The notes below the pieces were generated by a model that had not been told where the DNA came from, searched no databases, and saw nothing but the letters and a program-made list of their open reading frames with translations. A program made the translations under genes and the position numbers. From an uncultured Desulfobacteraceae bacterium (lineage in GTDB: Bacteria; Desulfobacterota; Desulfobacteria; Desulfobacterales; UBA2174): a stretch of 64,000 bases of DNA. The stretch covers positions 4,826 to 68,825 of the forward strand of contig CALJLV010000084.1 in assembly GCA_937982505.1 (NCBI GenBank), given 5' to 3'. Numbering within the stretch: the stretch's first letter is position 1; each line of letters opens with the position of its first letter. Below are positions 56,557-64,000 of this stretch, one piece after another.

Positions 56557-57104
56557 GCCAGCCCCGCCTCCCGGACCCGGCCAAACTCGTGATCGGGGTC
56601 TTCACGGCCGATCGCGCCCTGCTGGCCTGGGTGGTGCGGCGGCTCGGTGAACGATTCGGCCCGCTGGATATCGTCAGCCCCTGGCTGGCCTTTGACCAGA
56701 GCGACTACTACGCGGCCGAGATGGGCGCCCCCCTGCACCGGCGCCTCATGGCCTTCAAGTCCCTGGTGGACCCGGGCCGGCTGGCGGCCATCAAGACGAC
56801 CACCAACGCCCTGGAGGCGGATCTGATCCATGAGGGCCGGCGCCGGGTCAACATCGACCCGGGGATCCTGACCTGTGAACGCTTCGTGCTGGCCACGGGC
56901 AAGAACTACAGCCACCGGATCTACCTGGCCCAGGGCATCTGGGCCGACCTGACCCTGATCTACCGCCAGGGACGATTTGAGCCCCTGCCGTGGACCTACC
57001 CGGATTACGCGTCCGACCCGATTCGCTCCCTGCTGGAGACCATCCGGGAAAAATACCGGCGGGATCTGCGCACCGCGGCCCCGGACCTCGAGGAGAACCG
57101 ATGA
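56553..57104 (+). CDS. DUF4416-family protein
   Basis: ORF 56421..57104 trimmed to ATG 56553 (ATGA overlap with trm112). MSQPRLPDPAKLVIGVFTADRALLAWVVRRLGERFGPLDIVSPWLAFDQSDYYAAEMG... resembles the DUF4416 pattern. Recognised from memory only. Confidence 0.7.
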   Translation: MSQPRLPDPAKLVIGVFTADRALLAWVVRRLGERFGPLDIVSPWLAFDQSDYYAAEMGAPLHRRLMAFKSLVDPGRLAAIKTTTNALEADLIHEGRRRVNIDPGILTCERFVLATGKNYSHRIYLAQGIWADLTLIYRQGRFEPLPWTYPDYASDPIRSLLETIREKYRRDLRTAAPDLEENR

Positions 57105-57982
57105 TCGACAGCATGACCGCCTTTGGCCGCGGCGAGCACGCCGCCGAGGGATGGCGCGCGGCCGTGGAGATCCGCTCCGTCAACAGCCGCTATCTGGATC
57201 TGGTCGTGCGCCTGCCCCACGGCTACACGGCCTTCGAGGAGCGCATCAAGACCCGGGTGGGTCGGGATCTGGAGCGCGGCCGGGTGGAGCTGCGCTTGAG
57301 CGTCCACGACGAGCGCCGGCACGAGAACGCCTTCCAGCTCGACCTGCCCGCGGCAGCGGCCTTCCACCGGGCCCTGCTGGCCCTGGGCGAGGGCCTCGGG
57401 CTGGAGGGGCCGATCCCCCTGGCCGTGGTGGCCGGAGCCCCGGGGGTGATCCGTCCCGGCGAGGCCGAACCCGACCTGGAAGGCGACTGGCCCGGCATCG
57501 CGGCCGCCCTGGACACGGCCCTGGCCGATCTGAAGGCCATGCGCCGCCGCGAAGGCACCAACCTGGCGACCGATCTGCAGCGGCGCCTGGATCGGGTGGC
57601 GGCCGAGATCGACGCCATCCAGGCGGCCACCCGGAGCCTGGCCGCCCATTACCGCCAGCGCCTCGAGGCGCGCATCGCCGCCCTCACCGAAGGGCTGGTG
57701 GCCCTGGATCCGGCCCGCATCGCCCAGGAGGCGGCCATCCTGGCCGATCGCAGCGACATCAGCGAGGAGATCGTCCGCGCCCGCAGCCACCTGGAACAGT
57801 TCCGCCATCTGATGGGCGGGCCCAAGGCGGCCGGCCGGCAGTTGAATTTTCTGCTCCAGGAACTGAACCGGGAGCTGAACACCATCGGTTCCAAGACCGA
57901 CCAGGCCGGCGCCGCCCATCGGGTGGTGGCCGCCAAGGCCGAGCTGGAAAAACTGCGCGAGCAAGTGCAGAACGTGGAATAG
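57101..57982 (+). CDS. yicC: YicC-family stress-induced protein
   Basis: ATG 57101 (ATGA overlap). N-terminus MIDSMTAFGRGE...EIRSVNSRYLDL. C-terminus DISEEIVRARSHLEQF ... LNFLLQELNRELNTIGSKT. Canonical YicC N- and C-terminal domains. Confidence 0.92.
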   Translation: MIDSMTAFGRGEHAAEGWRAAVEIRSVNSRYLDLVVRLPHGYTAFEERIKTRVGRDLERGRVELRLSVHDERRHENAFQLDLPAAAAFHRALLALGEGLGLEGPIPLAVVAGAPGVIRPGEAEPDLEGDWPGIAAALDTALADLKAMRRREGTNLATDLQRRLDRVAAEIDAIQAATRSLAAHYRQRLEARIAALTEGLVALDPARIAQEAAILADRSDISEEIVRARSHLEQFRHLMGGPKAAGRQLNFLLQELNRELNTIGSKTDQAGAAHRVVAAKAELEKLREQVQNVE

Positions 57983-57988
57983 CGACCT

Positions 57989-58261
57989 GTGGAAAAAAAC
58001 CTGCTCAATATCGGATTCGGCAACACGGTGGTGGCTGAACGGGTGGTGGCCATCGTGGGGCCGTCCTCGGCGCCCATGAGACGGCTCAAGGACGAAGCGC
58101 GGGAGGAAAACCGCCTCATCGACGCCACCCACGGCCGGCGCACCCGGGCGGTGATCGTCACCGACAGCAACCACGTGATCCTTTCGGCCATCCAGGCCGA
58201 AACCATCGCCCAGCGCTTCGAACAGCTCAAGGCCCCGGCCCCGGCCGGCGGTGTGGCTTAG
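57989..58261 (+). CDS. remA: RemA/DUF370-family protein
   Basis: 90 aa with a GTG start: [69 protein letters not shown]. Canonical DUF370, located between yicC and gmk as in many bacteria. Confidence 0.9.
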   Translation: MEKNLLNIGFGNTVVAERVVAIVGPSSAPMRRLKDEAREENRLIDATHGRRTRAVIVTDSNHVILSAIQAETIAQRFEQLKAPAPAGGVA

Positions 58262-58265
58262 GGCC

Positions 58266-58844
58266 ATGGACCCGCGCACGCCGCCGCGCCGCGGCCGCCT
58301 GTTCATCGTCTCGGCCCCCTCCGGCGCCGGCAAGACCACGCTGTGCAGCGCCCTGCGCCGCCGGATCCCCACCCTGGGCTACAGCGTCTCGGCCACCACC
58401 CGGGCCCCGCGGCCCGGAGAGCGGGAGGGAATCGACTATTTCTTCACCGATCCGCAGACCTTCGAGGCCGGGATCCGGGAGGGGCGCTGGGCCGAGTGGG
58501 CCAGGGTCCACGACCACTATTACGGCACCCCGGCCGCCTTTCTCGACCGGGCCATGGGGGCCGGCCAGGACCTGCTCCTGGATATCGACGTCCAGGGGGC
58601 CGCGCAACTGGTGGAGCGCTACCCGGACAGCGTCACCATTTTCATCGAACCGCCCTCCATGGCGGTCCTGGCCCGGCGCCTGGCCGCCCGGGGCACGGAC
58701 GATCCGGCCAGCGTGGCCCGCCGCCTGCGCAACGCCGAGGCCGAAATGCGCCACCGCGGGGCCTACCGCCACCGCATCGTCAACGATCGTCTCGAAGAGG
58801 CCCTGGACGCCCTGGCGGCCATCGTCTCGGGACCGGACCGATGA
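58266..58844 (+). CDS. gmk: guanylate kinase
   Basis: ORF 58251..58844; preferred ATG is 58266. P-loop SAPSGAGKTT, SATTRAPRPGEREGIDYFF, DIDVQGA. Confidence 0.95.
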   Translation: MDPRTPPRRGRLFIVSAPSGAGKTTLCSALRRRIPTLGYSVSATTRAPRPGEREGIDYFFTDPQTFEAGIREGRWAEWARVHDHYYGTPAAFLDRAMGAGQDLLLDIDVQGAAQLVERYPDSVTIFIEPPSMAVLARRLAARGTDDPASVARRLRNAEAEMRHRGAYRHRIVNDRLEEALDALAAIVSGPDR

Positions 58845-59635
58845 AAAGCGAATTGCTCTGGGGCTTTCACCCGGTCATCGAGGCCCTGCGCGCCGGCCGG
58901 CGCCACTTCGCGGACTTGTATGTCAGCCAGCAGCGCGGCGACCAGCGCCTGGCGGAACTGGTCCGGGAGGCCGAAACCCGCCGCATCCCGGTCCAGACCC
59001 TCACCCCCAGGGCGCTGACCGAAATGGCCGGGGCCCATCACCAGGGGGTAGCGGCGAGGGTCTCCCCCCTGGCAGCAGAAAACCTGGACCGCCTGTGCCA
59101 GGATCTGGCCGCCGGCCGCTGCGAACCCTGGATCCTGATCCTCGACGGGATCGTCGATCCCCAAAACCTCGGCGCCCTGGTGCGCACGGCGGTCTGCGCC
59201 GGCATGGGGGCCATCGTAGTGCCCCGGGACCGCTCGGCGCGACCGGGCCCCACGGTGTCGCGGGCCTCGGCCGGGGCCCTGGAGCACGCCCGGCTGGTGA
59301 CGGCCACCAACCTGGCGGCGGCCCTGACCCGGCTCAAGGAGGCCGGCCTGTGGATCTGCGGGCTGGACCGGGAGCAGGGCCGGTCCCTCTTTGCCAGCGA
59401 CCTGGCCGGGCCCTTGGGGATCGTGGTGGGGGCCGAGGGCAAGGGGATCCGCCCCCTGGTGCGCCGCCACTGCGATTTTCTGGCCGCTGTGCCCCAGTCC
59501 GGGCCCATCGACTCGCTCAACGCCTCGGCGGCCGGGGCCGTGGCGATCTACGAAAGCTGGCGCCAGCGACGCTGTCCGGCCGCAGCGCCGCCAGGCCCCC
59601 CATCCCCACTCCTTGAAAAGGCAGGCAGCCCATGA
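58841..59635 (+). CDS. rlmB: SpoU/TrmH-family RNA 2'-O-methyltransferase (RlmB-like, 23S rRNA Gm2251)
   Basis: ATG 58841 (ATGA overlap with gmk). N-terminal L30e-like domain ([14 protein letters not shown]). SPOUT motifs [50 protein letters not shown]. Confidence 0.88.
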   Translation: MKSELLWGFHPVIEALRAGRRHFADLYVSQQRGDQRLAELVREAETRRIPVQTLTPRALTEMAGAHHQGVAARVSPLAAENLDRLCQDLAAGRCEPWILILDGIVDPQNLGALVRTAVCAGMGAIVVPRDRSARPGPTVSRASAGALEHARLVTATNLAAALTRLKEAGLWICGLDREQGRSLFASDLAGPLGIVVGAEGKGIRPLVRRHCDFLAAVPQSGPIDSLNASAAGAVAIYESWRQRRCPAAAPPGPPSPLLEKAGSP

Positions 59636-60852
59636 ATCCACCCGCCAAAATCACCATTTCCCCCGAGGGCCGGTTGCAGGTGCCCGACCACCCCATCATC
59701 CCCTTCATCGAGGGGGACGGGATCGGCCCGGACATCTGGCGCGCCACCGCCCTGGTCCTCGACGCGGCCGTGGCCCACGCCTTCGAGGGGCGGCGGCGCA
59801 TCGCCTGGATGCCCCTGGCCGTGGGCGAGAAGGCCGCCGCCGGGGGAGACCCCCTGCCCGAGGCGGCCCTGGAAACGATCCGGGCCCACCGGGTGGCCAT
59901 CAAGGGGCCCCTGACCACCCCGGTGGGCAAGGGGATGCGCAGCCTCAACGTGGCCATCCGCCAGCACCTCGATCTGTACGCCTGTGTCCGCCCGGTGCGC
60001 TACATCTCCGGGGTCCCCAGCCCCATGCGCAGCCCGGAAAAGGTGGACATGGTGGTCTTTCGGGAAAACACCGAGGACCTCTACGCCGGCATCGAATGGG
60101 CCGCCGGCAGCCCCCAGGCCGCCGCCCTGGAGGCCTTCCTGGACCGGCAGATGGGGGTCAGACTGCCGCCGGGGGCCGGGATCGGCATCAAGCCCATCAG
60201 CGCGGCCAACACCCAGCGCCTGGTGGCCCGGGCCATCGCCTACGCCATCGAAAACCATCTTCCCAGCGTGACCCTGATGCACAAGGGCAACATCATGAAG
60301 TTCACCGAAGGGGCCTTTCGCGCCTGGGGCTACGCGGTGGCCGCCGAACGCTTCGGCGGCCAGACCGTCACCGAGGCCGAGGTCTTCGAACGCCACGGAG
60401 GCCGGATGCCGGCCGGCAAAGTGGTCATCAAGGACCGCATCGCGGACATGCTCTTTCAGCAGGTGCTCCTGCGCCCGGAGGAATACCAGGTCATCGCCAC
60501 CCCCAATCTCAACGGGGATTATCTCTCCGATGCCCTGGCGGCCCAGGTGGGCGGCCTGGGGATGGCACCCGGGGCCAACATCGGCGACGAATGCGCCGTG
60601 TTCGAGGCCACCCATGGCTCGGCGCCCAAGTACGCCGGCCAGGACAAGGTCAATCCTAGCTCCCTGATTCTGTCGGGAGCCATGATGCTCGATCATCTCG
60701 GGTGGCCGCAAGCGGCCCTGAAGGTGCGCCGGGCCCTCCAGGCCACCATTGCCCGGGGGACGGTGACCTACGACCTGGCCCGACAGATCCCGGGGGCCCG
60801 CGAAGTGGCCTGCTCGGCCTTTGCCGAGGCCCTGACCGCCAGCATGACATGA
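59632..60852 (+). CDS. icd: NADP-dependent isocitrate dehydrogenase (homodimeric type)
   Basis: 406 aa: [79 protein letters not shown] overlap with rlmB. Confidence 0.96.
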   Translation: MNPPAKITISPEGRLQVPDHPIIPFIEGDGIGPDIWRATALVLDAAVAHAFEGRRRIAWMPLAVGEKAAAGGDPLPEAALETIRAHRVAIKGPLTTPVGKGMRSLNVAIRQHLDLYACVRPVRYISGVPSPMRSPEKVDMVVFRENTEDLYAGIEWAAGSPQAAALEAFLDRQMGVRLPPGAGIGIKPISAANTQRLVARAIAYAIENHLPSVTLMHKGNIMKFTEGAFRAWGYAVAAERFGGQTVTEAEVFERHGGRMPAGKVVIKDRIADMLFQQVLLRPEEYQVIATPNLNGDYLSDALAAQVGGLGMAPGANIGDECAVFEATHGSAPKYAGQDKVNPSSLILSGAMMLDHLGWPQAALKVRRALQATIARGTVTYDLARQIPGAREVACSAFAEALTASMT

Positions 60853-61709
60853 CCGCCACCCCCCTCATCCGCGCCCCGGCCGCCGCGCCAGACCGGGGTT
60901 CCCGGGCCCGCCCCCGGACCTGGGGCGCATCCCTGCGGCGTCTGGGCCGGGCGCTGGCCGCGGCCGTCTTTCCGTCCCGCTGCGCCGGGTGCGGCGCCTG
61001 GATCGACCTCGAGGCGCACCCGTCCCCGGAATTGCTCGCCAGCCTGCTCTGCGCGGACTGCCGCCTGCGACTGCGGTTCATCGCCACGCCCCTGTGCCGG
61101 ATCTGCGGCCGCCCCTTCGCCCAGCGCGCGGACCATGACCACTACTGCGGAGAATGCCTGCAGAACCCGCCGCCCTACGACATGGCCCGCTCGGCGGCCG
61201 TCTATGCCCCCCCCCTGGATGCCCTGGTCCAGCGGCTCAAGTATGACGGCCGCCTGCAGACCGCCCGCCCCCTGGGGGACCTGCTGCGGGCCGCCTTCCA
61301 GCACCACTGGTCCGCACGGCCGGTGGACCTGATCCTCCCGGTCCCCCTGCACCGCCGGCGCCTTCGCTCCCGGGGATTCAATCAGGTGCAGGTGCTGCTG
61401 CGGGACTGGTCGCGGCCCGGATCCCGCCAGGATCTGGCCCCCGTGGCGGCGGCCGTGGCCCCCCGGCTCCTGGTCCGGCGGCGGCATACCCCGCCCCAGG
61501 CCGGATTGCCGCGCCCGGAGCGAATCCGCAACATGCGCGGGGCCTTTGCCGTCACCCAGCCACGGGCGGTCGCGGGCCAGCGGATCCTGGTGGTGGACGA
61601 TGTGATGACCACCGGCGCCACCCTGGCCGCCTGCGTCGAGGTGCTCAGGAACGCCGGTGCCGCCCGGGTGGACGTGCTGACCCTGGCCCGGGCGGTCCGG
61701 AATGATTAA
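60849..61709 (+). CDS. comF: ComF-family protein (phosphoribosyltransferase-like with N-terminal zinc finger)
   Basis: ATG 60849 (ATGA overlap with icd). Cys motifs CAGCG...CADC...CRICG...CGEC, RGFNQ, and PRT motif [14 protein letters not shown]. Confidence 0.85.
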   Translation: MTATPLIRAPAAAPDRGSRARPRTWGASLRRLGRALAAAVFPSRCAGCGAWIDLEAHPSPELLASLLCADCRLRLRFIATPLCRICGRPFAQRADHDHYCGECLQNPPPYDMARSAAVYAPPLDALVQRLKYDGRLQTARPLGDLLRAAFQHHWSARPVDLILPVPLHRRRLRSRGFNQVQVLLRDWSRPGSRQDLAPVAAAVAPRLLVRRRHTPPQAGLPRPERIRNMRGAFAVTQPRAVAGQRILVVDDVMTTGATLAACVEVLRNAGAARVDVLTLARAVRND

Positions 61710-61783
61710 CTTTCTGCGAAAATGGCAATGAAGCGCCCTGCCCGGGCGAGGACAACCTCCCGTTGCACAACGAAAGGCCGGAG

Positions 61784-62635
61784 ATGACTGCCATCGAAGA
61801 CTACGAATCCAATGTGGAGAACGAATGGTGCCCGGGATGCGGCAATTTCGGGATTCTGGAGGCCATGAAAAAGGCCCTGGTGGCCCTGGGCCTGGCCCCC
61901 CACCAGATCCTGATCGTCTCGGGGATCGGCCAGGCGGCCAAGACCCCCCACTTTCTGCGCTGCAACGCGCTGCACGGCCTCCATGGCCGGGCCCTGCCGG
62001 TGGCGGCGGGGGCCAAGCTGGCCAACCACGACCTGACCATCCTGGTCAATTCGGGGGACGGGGACTGCTACGGGGAAGGGGGTAACCACTTCATGCACGC
62101 CATCCGGCGCAACCTGGACCTGACCCTCATCGTCCACGACAACCGGGTCTACGGCCTGACCAAGGGCCAGGGCTCGCCCACCTCGGATCTGGGAATGGTG
62201 ACGCGCCTGCAGCCCCAGGGAACGGTCAGCGAACCCTTCAACCCCCTGGCCGTGGCCCTGGCTCTGGGAGCCGGGTTCGTGGCCCGGGGATTCTCGGGGG
62301 ACCCGGACCACCTGGCGGCCTTGATCCAGGCCGGAATCCGTCACCGGGGCTTTGCCCTCATCGACGTGCTCCAGCCCTGCGTCTCCTTCAACCGGGTCCA
62401 GACCCACGGCTGGTACAAGCAGCGGGTCTTTGACCTGCAAGCGGAGAACCACCCCCGGAACGACTGGACCGCCGCCATGGACCGGGCCCGGCAATGGGGC
62501 GAACGCATCCCCATCGGACTGTTCTACCAGGAGACCAAGCCGACCTTCACCGACCGCATCCAGGTCCTGGGGCGCGGCCCCCTCATCGATCAGCCCGTGC
62601 CCGCCGTCGACTGGGCGGCCCTGATGGACGCCTGA
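61784..62635 (+). CDS. 2-oxoacid:ferredoxin oxidoreductase beta (TPP-binding) subunit, KorB-like
   Basis: ORF 61763..62635 trimmed to ATG 61784. WCPGCGNFGIL, GIGQAAK, TPP motif SGDGDCYGEGGNH, DNRVYGLTKGQ. No alpha-subunit gene adjacent in this window. Confidence 0.88.
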   Translation: MTAIEDYESNVENEWCPGCGNFGILEAMKKALVALGLAPHQILIVSGIGQAAKTPHFLRCNALHGLHGRALPVAAGAKLANHDLTILVNSGDGDCYGEGGNHFMHAIRRNLDLTLIVHDNRVYGLTKGQGSPTSDLGMVTRLQPQGTVSEPFNPLAVALALGAGFVARGFSGDPDHLAALIQAGIRHRGFALIDVLQPCVSFNRVQTHGWYKQRVFDLQAENHPRNDWTAAMDRARQWGERIPIGLFYQETKPTFTDRIQVLGRGPLIDQPVPAVDWAALMDA

Positions 62636-62658
62636 TTACCGCCCCCCGGGAGGCCGCA

Positions 62659-64000
62659 ATGCGCTTTCGCCAGGAACACGACAGCATGGGGCCGGTGCAG
62701 GTGCCGGCCGAAGCCTACTACGGTTCCCAGACCCAGCGGGCGGCCGAGAACTTTCCCCTCAGCCAGATCCGCCTGCCGACCCTCTTCATCCGAACCCTGG
62801 CGAGCCTCAAACGCCATGCGGCCCGGACGAACCGGGACCTGGGCCTCCTGGCACCCGACCTGGCCGAGGCCGTCGTCCAGGCCGCCCGGGAGGTGGAGGC
62901 CGGCCGCATGCTGGACCAGTTCGTGGTGGACGTGTTCCAGACCGGATCCGGGACCTCCACCCACATGAACATGAACGAGGTCCTGGCCGGCCGGGCCAAC
63001 GAGATCCTCACCGGACAGCGCGGCGGCCGCCACCCGGTCCATCCCAACGACCACGTCAACCTGGGCCAATCGAGCAACGACGTCATTCCCACCGTCATCC
63101 ACGCCTCGGCGCGCCTGGCCCTGGCGCGGGATCTGGGCCCCGCACTCCAGGAACTCGAAGCCGCCCTGGCCCAGAAGGCCGGCGCCTTCGCGGATGTGTT
63201 CAAGATCGGGCGCACCCATCTCCAGGACGCGGTCCCCATGCGCCTGGGCCAGGAGTTCTCGGGCTACGCGGCCCAGATCCGGCTGGGCCTCGAACGCCTG
63301 GCGGCCGCAAGCCCCCGCATCGAGGAACTGGCCCTGGGCGGCACGGCCGTGGGCACCGGCCTCAACGCGGATCCCGCCTTCGCCCCGGCGGTGATCCAGG
63401 CCCTGGCGGCCGAAACCGGGATCGCCTTCGTTCCGGCCCGCAACCGCTTCCAGGCCCAGGCCAGCCAGGACGCGGCGGTGGAGGTCAGCGGCGCCCTCAA
63501 GACGGTGGCCGTCAGCCTGGTGAAAATCGCCAACGACCTGCGCTGGCTGGCCTCCGGCCCCCGCTGCGGGATCGGCGAGATCACCCTGCCGGCCCTCCAG
63601 CCCGGCTCTTCCATCATGCCCGGCAAGGTCAACCCGGTGGTCTGCGAAGCGGTGCTGCAGGTAGCGGCCCAGATCGTGGGCAACGATGCCGCCATCACCT
63701 TCGCCGGCGCCGCTGGGCATTTCGAACTGAACACCATGCTGCCGGTGATCGCCCACAATCTGCTCCAGTCCATCGGCCTGATGGCCGCCGCCGCCAGCCT
63801 CCTGGCCCATCGCTGCGTGGCCGGGATCCAGGCCAACCGGGAGGTCTGCGCCGGGTATATCGAGCGCAGCCTGGCTTTGGCCACGGCCCTGGTGCCGGTG
63901 ATGGGCTACGACCGGGCCGCCGAGATCGCCAAGACGGCCCATGACCGCAACCGCACGATCCGGGAGGTGGTCCGCGACAGCGGCCTGCTCGACGAGGCCG
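62659..64000 (+). CDS. fumC: class II fumarate hydratase / aspartase-family lyase (FumC-like); 3' end beyond the window edge
   Basis: Not in the ORF track (no in-window stop). Manual translation from ATG 62659: MRFRQEHDSMGPVQVPAEAYYGSQTQRAAENF..., VFQTGSGTSTHMNMNEV, HPNDHVNLGQSSND, GRTHLQDAVPMRLGQEF, signature GSSIMPGKVNP. The QTGSGT motif favours fumarase over aspartase, but this is not certain. Confidence 0.85.
   Translation, partial: MRFRQEHDSMGPVQVPAEAYYGSQTQRAAENFPLSQIRLPTLFIRTLASLKRHAARTNRDLGLLAPDLAEAVVQAAREVEAGRMLDQFVVDVFQTGSGTSTHMNMNEVLAGRANEILTGQRGGRHPVHPNDHVNLGQSSNDVIPTVIHASARLALARDLGPALQELEAALAQKAGAFADVFKIGRTHLQDAVPMRLGQEFSGYAAQIRLGLERLAAASPRIEELALGGTAVGTGLNADPAFAPAVIQALAAETGIAFVPARNRFQAQASQDAAVEVSGALKTVAVSLVKIANDLRWLASGPRCGIGEITLPALQPGSSIMPGKVNPVVCEAVLQVAAQIVGNDAAITFAGAAGHFELNTMLPVIAHNLLQSIGLMAAAASLLAHRCVAGIQANREVCAGYIERSLALATALVPVMGYDRAAEIAKTAHDRNRTIREVVRDSGLLDEA

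Overview
This is a GC-rich window (about two-thirds G+C by eye) of densely packed chromosomal genes. The gene content fits a Gram-negative Desulfobacterota/Deltaproteobacteria-like organism: SMUG-type UDG, LpxI, DUF4416, dodecin, and a DHH-CBS-CCA enzyme. I support about 62 protein genes, one tRNA-Val(CAC), two strong intrinsic terminators, a few promoter matches made by eye, and one heptanucleotide tandem repeat. Left to right, the window holds: (1) a TolC / HlyD / GAF-HlyD export operon that runs off the left edge; (2) several small orphan genes; (3) a translationally coupled ykgJ-SMUG-tatD-tcdA chain; (4) an in-frame TruC-like pseudouridine synthase plus metallo-beta-lactamase fusion; (5) groES-groEL; (6) a Cache/PAS hybrid histidine kinase; (7) a secreted MORN-repeat protein; (8) htpX, a tetR-family gene and dodecin; (9) ihf-scpB-scpA-trpS-cca; (10) an isolated pilC-pilS pair; (11) lysS. 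A roughly 26-kb uninterrupted outer-membrane/LPS biogenesis supercluster follows: lolC/E-lolD, bamA, skp, lpxD, fabZ, lpxA, lpxI, a Gfo/Idh/MocA oxidoreductase, lpxB, msbA, lptF, lptG, waaA, lpxK, waaF, waaC, and core glycosyltransferases, acyltransferase, ligase, methyltransferase and kinase. The window ends with a trm112-DUF4416-yicC-remA-gmk-rlmB-icd-comF chain, a lone korB-like gene and a fumC-like gene that runs off the right edge. I saw no CRISPR array, transposase, integrase, prophage or recognisable defence system. The most unusual items are the GAF-gated adaptor export operon, the TruC-MBL fusion, the oxidoreductase inside the lipid A operon, the heptamer repeat at a glycosyltransferase junction, and an extra N-terminal domain on BamA. 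All family assignments come from motif recognition by eye; no searches were run. Many long antisense ORFs in the track are GC-composition artefacts and were rejected.
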